A DNA stretch of 63,896 nucleotides, filler included, from Octopus bimaculoides (GCF_001194135.2; 7 parts of 6 records of this genome joined end to end with filler, not necessarily neighbours in it), one strand, 5' to 3'; counted from the whole stretch's first letter, positions 26,225-40,314 are shown. Translations and numbers: made by a program. Notes: generated from the sequence alone by a model not told the origin.

Positions 26225-27169
26225 NNNNNNNNNNNNNNNNNNNNNNNNNNNNNNNNNNNNNNNNNNNNNNNNNNNNNNNNNNNNNNNNNNNNNNNNNNNN
26301 NNNNNNNNNNNNNNNNNNNNNNNNNNNNNNNNNNNNNNNNNNNNNNNNNNNNNNNNNNNNNNNNNNNNNNNNNNNNNNNNNNNNNNNNNNNNNNNNNNNN
26401 NNNNNNNNNNNNNNNNNNNNNNNNNNNNNNNNNNNNNNNNNNNNNNNNNNNNNNNNNNNNNNNNNNNNNNNNNNNNNNNNNNNNNNNNNNNNNNNNNNNN
26501 NNNNNNNNNNNNNNNNNNNNNNNNNNNNNNNNNNNNNNNNNNNNNNNNNNNNNNNNNNNNNNNNNNNNNNNNNNNNNNNNNNNNNNNNNNNNNNNNNNNN
26601 NNNNNNNNNNNNNNNNNNNNNNNNNNNNNNNNNNNNNNNNNNNNNNNNNNNNNNNNNNNNNNNNNNNNNNNNNNNNNNNNNNNNNNNNNNNNNNNNNNNN
26701 NNNNNNNNNNNNNNNNNNNNNNNNNNNNNNNNNNNNNNNNNNNNNNNNNNNNNNNNNNNNNNNNNNNNNNNNNNNNNNNNNNNNNNNNNNNNNNNNNNNN
26801 NNNNNNNNNNNNNNNNNNNNNNNNNNNNNNNNNNNNNNNNNNNNNNNNNNNNNNNNNNNNNNNNNNNNNNNNNNNNNNNNNNNNNNNNNNNNNNNNNNNN
26901 NNNNNNNNNNNNNNNNNNNNNNNNNNNNNNNNNNNNNNNNNNNNNNNNNNNNNNNNNNNNNNNNNNNNNNNNNNNNNNNNNNNNNNNNNNNNNNNNNNNN
27001 NNNNNNNNNNNNNNNNNNNNNNNNNNNNNNNNNNNNNNNNNNNNNNNNNNNNNNNNNNNNNNNNNNNNNNNNNNNNNATGTATGTATGTATGCATATATA
27101 TATATATATATATATAAATATATATATATACAGATAGACAGATAGATAGACAGACATACATTCTTATAT

Positions 27170-27264
27170 AGTACTGGGGTCGATTCATTCGGCTAAAATT
27201 CTTGAAGGTGCTACCCCAGCATGGCCGCAGTCTAATGACTGAAAGAAGTAAAAGATACAAGATA
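27170..27264 (+). mobile_element. SINE family B 3' segment
   Basis: ctggggtcgattcattcg.ctaaa..aaggtgctaccccagcatggccgcagtctaatgactgaaagaagtaaaagat. Confidence 0.75.
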
Positions 27265-28240
27265 AAGCAATTTAGGGAAGGAACAATGAAATATAATTTA
27301 AAAATTGGCTCAAATATATAACTTTAAAATCTTACATCTACATTATACATATATACTATCATGGGTACGTTGAACGAATCACTACATGCTGACTCCACCT
27401 TCTAGGAATCGCAGCCAAATACTCGTTAAAATCACGCATCAATGCCTTACTAAATGAAGATGTATATTGGAAAACATGGCCTTTGTTACATAAACAGTCG
27501 GGTTGACCATGGAATAAACGCTTAATATTAGAGAATTCTTCGATAGGAGTCAGCCCGTGGCTGACTCAGAATCAAAAATAAAATTACATAAGATGTGATT
27601 TAAAAGATTTTATTCACAATTTCTACTGGATGAACCTGTTCAAATATGATATAACCTGGGGAAACGTTTGGTAATATTCTGAGTGTATCACGTCTGATGT
27701 CATTGTACAAGAGGCGTTAGTACAACTTAAATATGTTAGTGGTTTAAAACCTTTTTTTTTATTCTATAGGATTTTTTTCATTCTGTTTATTTTCCCCTAT
27801 GTAGCCTGCATTGAAGAAATTTATTATGTAAGACATTCTAGTTATTGCTATGTCTTTGTCTTAGAAAATAATGCATCGAGAACTACACCATCTATTCTAT
27901 ACTTCGATGTATATGTGTTCACTGTATTTTCACAGACCTTAGTATAAATTTTGTGCTGTTCGTCTAAGGTTCTCTCACATTCTTTCTGCCACTTTTCCCC
28001 TCTCCCACTACCTACCATTCACTCAGTGTGTGTATAGAGGTAACAGTGTATATGTGTGTACGTGTGTGCAAAAGTATCTGTATGTACTTTCAATCTGCAA
28101 ATTGACACGCACGTGTGTATACGCAAACACACACGTGCGTACACATTCAAGCACACATTTATATATACACATATGCATATACATGTATGCGTATTTACTT
28201 ATGTATGTTTGTATGTGCGCGCACGCGTGCGCGTGTCTGC

Positions 28241-28271
<31 letters not shown>

Positions 28272-29069
28272 CGTGTGTGTGCAAGTATTTAACATGTATA
28301 GTGAGAAAGCCTTTTGTAATTTAACACTCCAGCCATAGAAGGGTTAAACGCTAGCAAGTATTTTCTATTATCGCAAATGATTCTGTGATGTCGTGTTCAC
28401 GCAGTAAGGTCTAAGCAGTCCATTTCATAAAAATGGCAATAAACTGGACAGTGTCCAGCAGAGCTTTGATCAAAGTAGACTAGATAACAGCGGAGTATTG
28501 GTATTACTTTCAAATGTCTTTGCTGACAGCTTTGGCATGCGATAGCAACGTATGGAAATTTTAATATCTTAACATCTTAATCTTACCATTCCTATATGTG
28601 TGGCCTAACTATGTGCCAGATTCGATGAAGTGCGTTGATGCGACAGGGGCAGAGAGTAAGGGAGGATAGCGTAGGAACAAATATAAAGAGACAGAGACAG
28701 AAAGATAGAGAGAAAAGTACAAAGACATTGAGATAGAGCGATAGGGAGACAGTGAAAGATTGAGAGGAAGTAGATTAGTGAAAAACAGAGACAGGTGAGG
28801 GAGAGAAATGCAGTAGAAGAAGCGTTTCATATATTAGCTAGAAGGCGATTAACGGCGAAATAAAGGATAACTATAGAGAATGCGGAGATCGAATGTAGCA
28901 GATGAGATTGATATAAAATAGAAAAAATGCATTTGTTATCGTAGATATTGTTATATTAGTTGTGTTGCTGTTGTTGTTGTTCTTCTAGTCTGTGCGGTTA
29001 TTGTTGCTATTGTGATTAAAATATCAGGGTTCTAGATAGATCGAATGATATCGTTCGAGAATCGGAAAA

Positions 29070-29170
29070 ACAAATACCTTGCTGTGCTTACTAGCGACCC
29101 ATTTACGTTCTGTGTTCAAATCCCATTAACACTATCCTTTCATTCCCCAGTAGTTGACAAAATAGAACAC
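29070..29170 (+). mobile_element. Decayed SINE family A
   Basis: ttacgttctgtgttcaaatccc..tatcctttcattccc..gttgacaaaat. Confidence 0.55.
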
Positions 29171-29489
29171 CAGTTTAGTACTGAGGTCGTCAACATCGTC
29201 AAACACACTTTCCTAAATACAGCTGCCATTTATCCTAACTCAGAAACATTATTATGGTTTTCTTGTTCTGTTGTTATGGCGACAGAATCGTCAGGGTTTC
29301 CGAAAAAACTGCATTTCAGCTATTTTCTCGGCTCTTCTCGTCCTGACTTCAAATCTCACTGAAGTATATTTTATTTTCATTGTCGATGTAATCGACTAGC
29401 CCTCTCCCCTAAAGTGCAAGGTCTCGCGCCTTTAGCAAAACATTCTTCTTATTATTTTTATACACATACACAGCAGATTAGACTGTTGG

Positions 29490-30570
29490 AAAAGAAAAAT
29501 TCCTAACATCAGGCTCGAACAGTAACCTTAGATGCCAAGAGCCCTCCTAAGTTTCCTAGTTGTCCCTAATAACACTGTTTTTTGCAGCTGTACTAAACTG
29601 GATTTTATGCCTATTTCCTCTATCCATCTGTTCCGATCTTTAGGGATAGTTCCCAATGCACCTCTAACTACTGCGGTACCATTTACCCGCACTTTCCATA
29701 GTCTCCGTAAGTCAATGGCTAAGTCCTGGTATTTTGCTAGTTTTCTTAGATGTCTCATTTTAATTTTTTCATCATTTGAGACTGCAAAGTCAATTATCTA
29801 GCACTTTCTATTGTTTTTATTTTCTACTACTAAATCAGGCTTAGCTTATATTAATCAACCTGAATGATAAAGTCCTACAACATCTAGTATTTCTTACTTT
29901 CTAGTAATTTACTAGGTTCATGTTCATACCATTTATTAGTATATTCAAATCCTTGCTTTCTACATAGCACCCTGTAGACTACTCTCCCTAGGTTATCGCG
30001 TATTTTCTTGTATTCTTTCTGTGCAAGCATACTACATCCACTTACTATATGAGTGATGCTTTCCTCTTTTTATTTGTATAGTCTACTTTGGGAATCTACT
30101 TGATTTTATCCAATCAATCCTTAATGCTTGATCTTATGCAGCTACTAACAAACTTTGTGTCTCCCTTTTCAGCCTTAACCTCTGCAACAATAGCCATGTC
30201 TCACTACTACTATTTACTGCCACTATCTTTGGGAATCTACCATAGAATGCTTTCTCAATTGTCGCTTTCATTTCTGTAGTTAGTAATTTGTCAGATTCTA
30301 ATACTCGTAGATACTTATAATTCTCTCCTCTTTTCAATGATTTTAATGTCTGACCATCTGGTAATTGAATGCCTACGCTGTTGACTACGTGTCCCCTTCC
30401 CATGATAATATTGCACACTTATCTATGCCAAATTCCATGCCTATATCTTTGCTGAAGAGCCTTACAGCCTGTATTAAAGAGTATTTCTCTTTTTCATTCT
30501 TACTAAAAAGCATCAGACCATTCATGTAGAGCAAATGGTTAATTTTTCTATTTCTATTTCTGAAATGATA
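29490..30570 (-). mobile_element. R4/Dong-like retrotransposon, RT-to-REL, internally deleted and dead
   Basis: INHLLYMNGLMLF (YMDD lost)..IGMEFGIDKC..GIQLPDG..YKYL..LKRETQSLLVAA*DQAL..ESITHIVSGCSMLAQKEY..KWYEHEP..KPDLVV..IIDFAV..KYQDLAIDLRRLW..GALGTIP..LQKTVLLGTTRKLRRALGI* (stop 29530-29528). Confidence 0.92.
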
Positions 30571-30727
30571 CCCTGAAATGATATTGAGGGGGATGAAGTT
30601 TTTAATTGTATAAACAAAACGAACGATAATTATGTTTTGCCATAAATTGTTCATGGGCCACAATTCTTGAATATATACAAAAGAGTATGTAGTCAATTTA
30701 TATGATCATGATATATTACTGGTCCCG

Positions 30728-30915
30728 AAAGTGGCGAGCTGGCAGAATCGTTAGCACGCCGGGCAAGACGGCATTTTGTCCGTCTCTACGTTCCGAGTTC
30801 AAATTCCGCCGAGGTTGACTTTGCCTTTCATCCTTTCGGGATCAATAAAATAAATGTCCAAGAGAACACTGTGGTCGATTTAGTCGACGTGGCCCCTCCC
30901 CACAAACTCTGGTAT
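30728..30915 (+). mobile_element. SINE family A
   Basis: ggcgagctggcagaatcgttagcacgccgggc (A box)..gagttcaaattccgccgaggttgactttgcctttcatcctttcggg. Confidence 0.9.
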
Positions 30916-33089
30916 ACGAAACCCCACCCAATACTTATAAGCAAATCAATTCCAATGGAGTTTGAAATCAAGATGTAAAGAAGGGTAAATGCACAACACA
31001 AGGTTTTGTTCTGTTTCTGCCATTATATTGCACTTCAACTTAATTACATATTATACTGTAGCGAAAACAAAAGTGGAAGATAGAAAAGCCATCTGTATAC
31101 GCATTCATTTCCCAAACGTAAACTAATTTCAATCCTATTGCACTACCAGTAATTACAACTCTGGAAATAATATACTTCGTACTTATTCTCTTATTAATAT
31201 TGCGATTCGTTTTACTAATTAAAATGAAATCAGTATTCTTGAAGTTTTGTTATTCCTATTTGAAGTAATTTTTTTTTTTACCGCATTTGGTTAATTATTT
31301 TAGATGTGTCAGCCATATTAATCAACGAGAGCTAGTTATTATATCATAAGAAGACTGGGAGGACAACGCCGTTATACTTTAAACTAAAGATATAGAAAAG
31401 TAACTAAATACTATAATTTCGACCGGGTTTTAAGCTCCGTGTTCATATACCAACCAAATGATATTGAAGGATGAAGCATTTGATATTGCTATTGAATTTT
31501 GTTCCATATCATTAATACATGGCCACAAACTTTTGGAGGTGGGGACACTGAAGTAAATCGATCTCAGTATTTCAATATTAGTTATTTTACTAACGTTACT
31601 AATATGAAATACACAGCTCTCGGTAGGAATTTACCCACAAAATTATAAATACAATTATTAAATATTGTGCAGCACCCCTGACTATATTCACTGTTCTTTC
31701 ATGGTACACAATTCCATTTGAGCACTCCATATTCTTACTTCAAATCCGGCAAGAGTGGATCTTAGTGTTCTTTATTCATGGATATATAAAATAATAACCA
31801 ATATTATCCTAGACACAGAGCTATCCAATGTTCAGCAGGTCTGAACATAGTGAATCCTACATCATCTCCACTATATTCATAATCCTACTGATATTATTTA
31901 TGAGAAGATCAACATAAACTTTACCGATTTCACAAATCTAAAGTGGGCCTACAAAGGACATGGGCGATATTGCATTTTTAGTAAACTATTGTGTCACTAT
32001 CTGAAGGAGCTTTCGGTGCTGTTTCTAGCAATTTGAACAACCAAGTAAGGGCTCCCTAAATAGATCTAGTTTGAAGTGGTGATGCGGCTGTTGTTGGTAA
32101 AGATATTCGGTTCAAATTGTTGCTTATCATAATTCTGAATAATTATGATAGGCTGCTTTTCAGAGAGATTACGATTGTTGTCATGCTTGTGAAATGTTAT
32201 TTAAAAGAGGGAGCAATAAGAAGATGAAAAAAAAAGTCTGAAGTATACAGGTACATCGAATATAAAGGAAGAAAACAGATATGAAAGCATGATAGGTGAT
32301 AAGTGTTTCTAGGAATGGTCGAAAATGGTATGGATATTCGTAAATATGGTAAATGAGGAAAATGTGAAGATGAGTAAAATAAATTGAAAAGATGGACAGA
32401 TATAATTTCTATTACTGCGGAAATATAGTTAAATACAGAAAGCATTGGCCATACTTTATCTGAAAATAGAAACTAAGAGAGTTCGGGCTACATATACACA
32501 GACAGGGAAAGCCAGTAAAACAGAGGATGAGAGAGAAAGAAACAAAGAAAAAGTAATGTGGTAAGTGTAGAGAGGAAAACTGAAAGAGTTGTAGAGAATG
32601 ATGGTGAGAGTGAAATATATAACATATTACCGAAAAGAGACACAATCTGAAGAGAAACATGGAATATATGCATGATAGAATAATAGACATATTGAAATAA
32701 GATAGATTGAAATATAGATAAATTTCGTATTTAAGTCAGAAGACCACATAATTTTTAAGGGCGGATTAACAATGAAATTATATTAGAAATAACGAAAAAG
32801 GTTAGAAATACATAAACAACAAACGCGTTAAAACTGACAGCTTTGCAGTTGTGTTTCATAACCTTGTGGTCACATATGCGAAGCAAATTTATGTAGCGAT
32901 TCATACAAACAAATGCACACGCACTAACACGCGCACACACACACACACACAGACATACACACACACACACACACACTCACACTCACACTCACGTACACAC
33001 TCACGTACACTTATATGGCAAAACATATTAAGATGTAAGAGATACACAACTCCCGTTGTTGTAACGTGATTTTAACAGTGTGTAATAAT

Positions 33090-34130
33090 ATCGTCATCAT
33101 TTAGTTCCTCCAGCCTCAAGGTACTGGACCAACGTTTTCTTCCAGTTCTCTTTGTCATAAGCTAACGATACAGCTTGAAACTAGTTTGTGTCACAGATGT
33201 GCAGGTGATATTTCAAAGGTGGATCTACAACTTTTCTTTGACCTACCTTTTGATCTCTTCCCACTAATTGGTAACCATGTCATAGCCGTTCTTACTAGGA
33301 TATTCTTAGGACATGTTCTGTCGGCTACATTGTTCTGTATTTCCTTAGAAGATTCAGACGTGCGGCACTGACTCTTCGAAACACTTCTTCGTTTATTAAC
33401 TTGTCTTATCATATAATGCCCATTATTTATTAGAGGCATCTTTGTTGGAAATTATCGTGTTTTTCAATTTTTGCTGTACTCTGCCGCCTCTGAGCGACAT
33501 AAGTTGTTATTGAGATAGCAATAGACTAGAATAATCCGAATTTAATTCGTGACTTGAACCTCTTAGATTGCCAAATAGACTGAAATTTGTTGAAAATTCT
33601 AGCACCGTTGATTATCCTTTGTTTTACATCAGTTTCACCATTGCCCTCTGCTGTCTGAATGCTACCAAGATATGTGAAGCGTTGAACCTCCTCTGTCTTT
33701 TTCCCAATGATTGTGACTTTATGTACTTCACTGTTGGCACCGTTTTTTAATTTTTTTCTTTATTTTGATATATTTACTCTGAAGCCATTAGCTAAAACAT
33801 CAGCAATTTTTTAATCTGCCATTTTCATTTTTCCTTATTTTAAGGTATGTCCAGGCGTATTCAAGAATCATCTCAGAATGTAGGCCAATATCAAGAAAAA
33901 GAATGGGGATAGGAGGCATCCTTGTTTCAGTCTAGATAGGGTTGAAAAGAAGTCATTTAATATTTAACAAAACACCGACTTGTCCGGAGCACTGCGCTGT
34001 GTTTCGGTTGGTAATTGAATCTCATCAACAGATTTCTGTACATGAAGCAACTTTCTTAAAGTACGGCGTAAATATGAAAATCCCGATCAGATACGACATT
34101 GCATATCAACTGATTCTTCTTGGCTAAATT
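33090..34130 (-). mobile_element. Decayed RTE-clade LINE, RT motif B to 3' end
   Basis: LKQGCLLSPFFF..EEVQRFTYLGSIQTAEG..DVKQRI..FNKFQSIWQSK..FQQRCL..WLPISGKRSKGRSKK; short (GAT)n-like tail at ~33092. Confidence 0.85.
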
Positions 34131-35204
34131 CTGGACATGTACATTATTTATCCACTCCGAAAGGTTGACAGACAAACTTGACAACAACGGAGATTGAAAT
34201 CAGGTCTTATTCGAGAAAAATAAGTGCCGCGGAGTATTTTGCCAACATTCAGGTGACCGTGCCCATTAGGAATCAACAAATGTGTGTATATATATACACG
34301 CACATACACATACAAACATATGTTCATACATACATACACCTATACGTATATAAACATATATATGTACATACGGGTGAGTAGGAATTTGTTGACCACATAG
34401 GAGCAAAAAAAAATTGATATGTCGAATTAGCTGCACAAGAATTAAATGTAAAATGTTCAGGGTCATTATATTTTGCTGATGCAAGATTTACTAATATAAT
34501 TGTCTGAAAATATAGCCTTTATTGACTTTGATGTACCAAAAATGTACTTACAATTCCTATTACAATACAAACCTTTTTGATGTCTGTATAGTATGATCTA
34601 AATTGATTGCAATTATTTTTTTTTATTCATTTAGTAACGCGACAGTGTAAACATTCAGCAGAAAATATTTCATTGAAACAAAGCTATAAAAATATTCATT
34701 ATAACATTTCAGCAAGTGTTCAATCCAGCTTTCCTTTTTATCTACCAATGTGTAATGGCGCTATAATTTATGACACATATTATCGAGTTTAGATTAAATA
34801 TATTAATTTCTTTCTTTAGTTGTTCTACTGTTAGAGGTTGTTTGCAGATTTTGTATAACTGATATTATGCAATTCTGTTAAACCAATTTATTTATCACAC
34901 TCAAAATTCCATTTTCACCTCACTAACAGCATCTTTACTTTCATCGGCCCTATTGTATATGTAGATTGAAAACTCTATAATGCACTATATAAATGCGAAA
35001 TACGACGCCGATTGGGTGACTATTTCGAGGAATGCCCAATGTATCTCCAGGCTCCATGATTTAGCTCTTGAATTTTTCATTAAGTCAACGTATCACACCA
35101 CAGATAGTAGTGATCAAGGTATAAGATTATTCTGCTCTTGTTAGAAAACCTAAGTCGATGTTGGGCTCCTAAAAGTTTGTTAATTATTTCCTTAGAGAAT
35201 AAAC

Positions 35205-36274
35205 GAATGGAAGATTGCAAAGATAAAGCACTGTACAACCACTTGAGAATGAATTAAACTGAAAATAGGTGCATAAAGAAAAGAATACATGGACAATTGC
35301 ACGGGGATGTTGAAGATACGACAGATAGAGAAAAAACATGGCTATGGATGACTAAAATTGATTTAAAACCGGAGGCAGAGGTACTAATCTGTGCTGCATA
35401 AGAGCAAGCATTAAGAATCAGTTACATCAAATACAGAATAGACAACACATCAGAAAGCGATAAGTGCAGAATTTGTGGACAAAATGGTGAAACCGTATGG
35501 CATATTACCAGTAAATGTACGTCATTAGCCCTGAAAGAATATGAGACGTCATGGCAATATAGCAAGGCTTGTCCATTGGACACTTTGCAACTAGTATGGA
35601 CTTTACAGAGCAAAAATTTATACGAACATAAACCCGAAAGCATGATCGAAAATGATAATGCAACGATCCTATGGGATTTTATGATTCAATGCGATCATGA
35701 GATAGAGAATAAGAAGCCAGACATAGTCTTAATTGAGAAAGAAAGCAAACGATGCCAGATCATATATATATAGCATGCCCAGCTGACAACAAGTTATGCG
35801 GTAAGGAAGAAAGAAATATCGATTGATGACAGGTTAGCTTGGGAGGTTAAGCAGTTGTGGTCATTTGAAAAGGTAATAATAATACCAATAATTGTCGGAG
35901 CCCTGGGAACAGTGAGTAAAATTCTTGAGAATTATATGGAACAAATAGGGGCTGCAATAAGAGCGGGGCACTTGCAGTAAATAGTACTGCTTGGAACTGC
36001 TCGAATACTCCGGATGGTACTCGAAAAATAAGGGGTATTACGTTTTTTCACTGGTAGTGAACAGCTGGCACAGTAGTGATTTAAAACCAGAAACAGAGGT
36101 TCTAATCTATGCTGCCCAAGAGCGAGCATTTAGAACCAAGTACATGAAATACAGAATAGACAACACATCAGAAAGCGATAAGTGCAGAAAATGGTGAAAC
36201 CGTATGACATACTACCAGTCAATGTACAGCATTAGCCAGTGTGAGCAGCTGTGCAAAGACAGTAAAATAATAAT
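35205..36274 (+). mobile_element. R4/Dong-like retrotransposon 3' third (CCHC + REL) with extra fragment in its 3' UTR
   Basis: IHGQ..EKTWLWM..DLKPE..LICAA*EQALR..CRICGQNGETVWHITSKC..YEHKPES..ILWDFMIQCDHEIENKKPDIV..VGALGTV..VLLGTARILRMVLEK* (36029-36031); tail aaataataat. Confidence 0.92.
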
Positions 36275-36501
36275 GGTAATACCCACTACAATAGGAACAA
36301 GGCCTGAAATTTGGTGAGCGGGGAAGGGGGGGGGCAGTCGATTAGATCGACGTCAGTACGCAACTCGTACTTAATTTCTTGACCCCGGAAGGATGACAGG
36401 CAAAGTGGACCTCGGCGGAATTTGAACTCAGAGCTTAGCGGCAGATGAAATACCGTTAAGCATTTCATCTGGCGTGCTGACGATTCTTCCAGCTCATCGC
36501 C

Positions 36502-36503
<2 letters not shown>
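36275..36503 (-). mobile_element. SINE family A inserted in an (AAT)n tract
   Basis: rc head aaggcgatgagctggaagaatcgtcagcacgcc..gagttcaaattccgccgagg; AAT repeats on both sides. Confidence 0.9.
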
Positions 36504-36579
<76 letters not shown>

Positions 36580-36586
36580 GTAATAA
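36504..36586. repeat. (AAT)n microsatellite
   Basis: Direct reading. Confidence 0.95.
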
Positions 36587-37261
36587 AAGAATGATTTTCT
36601 ACAAAACAACGATCACATCTCTTTTTTTTCTTTCTTCCTTTTTTAGTGAGTCACATAAACTCTAGGAAAAATTCTCAATCAGAGTGAGAAACAATTTACG
36701 TGGTAAAGATTAAATCACCTGTCAATTTCTGAAGTAGCTGTATAAATTGCGAAACATAGAATACACTTCCTGGCAATAATATCTAACAGATGTGTATCGG
36801 ATGTTTAGTAAGATTCCTTGCACGGGGCAGAAAAGTTTTTACTGATTATTTCATAATATCATTAAGAGAACCACGTATATGCATATATATANNNNNNNNN
36901 NNNNNNNNNNNNNNNNNNNNNNNNNNNNNNNNNNNNNNNNNNNNNNNNNNNNNNNNNNNNNNNNNNNNNNNNNNNNNNNNNNNNNNNNNNNNNNNNNNNN
37001 NNNNNNNNNNNNNNNNNNNNNNNNNNNNNNNNNNNNNNNNNNNNNNNNNNNNNNNNNNNNNNNNNNNNNNNNNNNNNNNNNNNNNNNNNNNNNNNNNNNN
37101 NNNNNNNNNNNNNNNNNNNNNNNNNNNNNNNNNNNNNNNNNNNNNNNNNNNNNNNNNNNNNNNNNNNNNNNNNNNNNNNNNNNNNNNNNNNNNNNNNNNN
37201 NNNNNNNNNNNNNNNNNNNNNNNNNNNNNNNNNNNNNNNNNNNNNNNNNNNNNNNNNNNNN

Positions 37262-37306
<45 letters not shown>

Positions 37307-38210
37307 ATATATATAATATATATAATGTTTTTGTTTGTGTGCGCGCCCATTTCTGAATTTAAATCTGTTATATATGGATGCACAAAAGAAAAAAAAGGAA
37401 AAAGAATTTATAAGTATATAAGCGGTGAAATCCTCAAGAAAGATACACACATGCAATACAATTAACCACTTTGTTTGTTTTTGTTCCACTTTTACACGTA
37501 AAAAAAAAAATTGAAGTCTTTACGACAACGATTTACTTGCATTACAGAGCATTATAAAGACGTTCGATTGCTGGGAGGCAAACGTCTTTAGCAACAGAAA
37601 ACAGGAAACGGAACCGTTTCGTTCGAGCTGAAAACGAACAAATAATTTTATAGCGCAATTTCTGCCAGAGTGAATGAGTTAATGGAAAATAGCGGCAACA
37701 ATTGGTTCATACCGTCTTACTCCCCTCCTTCTTTGTCATACATGTTCTATGTCGCCACTCTTAATCAACAACACTGATGAAACCGCCACATTGCTAATAG
37801 CAAAATGCACAGCTAACTGCGTATTTGGATGTTGCAGAAACCGCTACCCCGATACCGATATCACCAGCATAACAACAAATAATATTAACAGCAACATCTC
37901 ACAACATTTCGCTTCAAATACTGCCATTATCACCATTTCTGCCTGTTCACTACAAATCTCAGTTACTATCATTTCCAGTTCCTGTGATTCATTTCGCCAT
38001 TACCAACACCAAAAAAGAAAGCTATTGCCACAATTTCACCCCCAGTACGCTACACACCGCAAGCACATACCCATGTAACATTTACGTCAATAATTAATGA
38101 GGTTTTAATGTGGTCACTTCATCTCTTGCAATAGCAGCTAAACTTCACTCAAATCATTCTACTGTCTTAAAATACACACACACATCGATTAAAATTGTTC
38201 CTTATATTCA

Positions 38211-38430
38211 ACGCGGCGAGCTGGAGAAGTCATTAACACGCCGGGCTAATTGCTTAACGACATTTTGTCCGTCTTTACATTCTAACTTCAAATTCCATCA
38301 AGGTAGACTTTGTGTTTCAGTCTTTTGTTGTCGATAAAATCAGTACCAGTCGACCCTCGAATACGAAATAGTCGACTATCCCCTCCCCTCGAAATTTTAG
38401 GGTTTTGCCGATAGTAAAAAGGAACATTGT
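38211..38430 (+). mobile_element. Decayed SINE family A
   Basis: gcggcgagctggagaagtcattaacacgccgggc..ttcaaattcc..gtcgataaaatcagtaccag. Confidence 0.8.
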
Positions 38431-39989
38431 TCCATATATATTATACTTAAAAATATGATAAGAGGATGTTCATGTGTGGATCACCATCAACTATACGTTT
38501 ACCCGACCAAGGATGTTCAGACACAAAGAGCAATATTGGCATTACCATTGCAATAGATAAACCATTGTGATGAAGACCACTACTACCAGACCCTCACCGT
38601 CACTACCTCTCTTTCCACCGCCAACACCACTATAGCTATCAAATTCAGAAATACCACTGCTCCTACCGCGGCAACATAAGCACCACTACCGCAGCAACCA
38701 CAGACATCAACATCACCGCCATAAACAATACCACAATAATTCCATATCTATCACCATTGCCATCAGTATATCTAACACTACCATCACAGCAACAGCATTA
38801 TCAACACCACTATAACAACCACCACAAGTGCCATAACCACCGCTTTCGCCTTCGTCACAACCGCTACCACTAACAACATATCGATAATTAATACAGTCCC
38901 CATCATCACCACCAGAAGCACCGCAACATCAGTAACAGTCTTAGCATCATGAACAACGACAATAGCAGCATGGACGTTCACGGTTCAATGCATCCAATCA
39001 GTTAAAGGCAAGGAACGCTATGCGAAGCAAATTTCCATTTTATAACAGGAAACGAGGTGTTGTATGAATGAGAGTGGCTGCGGTAGCAGTAGTAATTGGT
39101 AAACGTTGAATAAAAATTACTGAAATGAAAATTACGCATACGTAAACAAACACATATGCACATATACAGAAAGAAGAAAGAGACTCGCTTATATGCAAGC
39201 TCATACAAAATCCCATACACACAGTACGCGCTTAATCACAAACACGTAAGGAATATAGACATATGCATGCATATGGCCACAGCTCATGAGCTGAAACTAG
39301 ATTTAAAATATATATATATATATATATATATAACGTGCAAGTGTAATTACAAGCTCACTTATATACGCTAACAGAAACATAGGCACACAAATATATACGC
39401 TTATATATAAAGAGTATGATATTCAATCAGACATGTTTGCAGGGGCACATACGTAGATAAATGAGAAGAGACACAACAAATTATACATACACTCATGCAT
39501 ACGCACATACTAACCCCCCCCCCCACACACACACATACATGCACACACACCCAAATACAGAAACATTCACACATGTATGAAAGCAATGGCATGAAACAAG
39601 AAAAACACAAACATAACTCGTTAATATTTGTTGTTTACCTTTGTCTTTCGTTGATTAGCTAAAATTGAGATTTTAAATTAATATTTTAACGAGACTTCTT
39701 TTCTTTACTTTTATTATTTTATTAGAATTACATTCTGAAAGTGTACAAGTTAACAATTAAGAAATACATAAGATCGTCTCTGCATACATAACTAAAAAGA
39801 CACGATGACAAAAATGAACGATGTGTAAGTGTGTATATATGTCTCTGTGTGTAAACAATATAAGCATGTATATTTAAAAGGTTGACGATTGTCTAATCGA
39901 AGAATATTTTGATGGCATTGCACAATGACTAGTTTCAAATTCAATAGTTATAAAAAAATTCTTTCGAAATAAAAATAATAATATTCCTT

Positions 39990-40190
39990 TCTACTATAGA
40001 GACAAGGCCTGCTATTTTGGGGGATGGGACAAATCGATTACATAGACCCTCCAGTATTTCACTAGTTCTTAATTTATCGAACCTGAAGGATGAAATGTAA
40101 AGTCGACCTCAGCGGAATTTGAACTCTGATGCATGAAATGCTGCTAAGCATTTTGCCCGGCCTGATAACGGTTCTGCCAGCTAGCCTCCT
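39990..40190 (-). mobile_element. SINE family A
   Basis: rc head aaggaggctagctggcagaaccgttatcaggccgggc..agttcaaattccgctgaggtcgac. Confidence 0.85.
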
Positions 40191-40314
40191 TAACAAAAAA
40201 ACAAAAAACAAAAAAAACAACAGCAACAACAAAAACAACAACAACAACAACAACAGCAACAAAAACAACAACAGCTACAATAATAATAATTAAAAAAAAA
40301 TAATAATAAAATGC

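Noticed and set aside
27547-27567. 9-bp perfect hairpin gagtcagcc-cgt-ggctgactc overlapping a TGACTCA (AP-1) site
   Set aside because: Short, probably within an old repeat; expected by chance at this scale.
29045-29362. 105-aa ORF with an apparently strong acceptor (ctttcattccccAG)
   Set aside because: The 5' part is a decayed SINE-A core, which supplies the pyrimidine tract.
31890-32110. Possible very old Dong-like C-terminus (..LQRTW..EGAFGAVSSNL..)
   Set aside because: Similarity too faint to list as a feature.
37749-38990. Thr/Ile-rich and Val-rich ORFs resembling mucins or membrane proteins (also 6266-6651, 10620-10790)
   Set aside because: Decayed (ACC/AAC/GTT/GCT)n trinucleotide low-complexity DNA.
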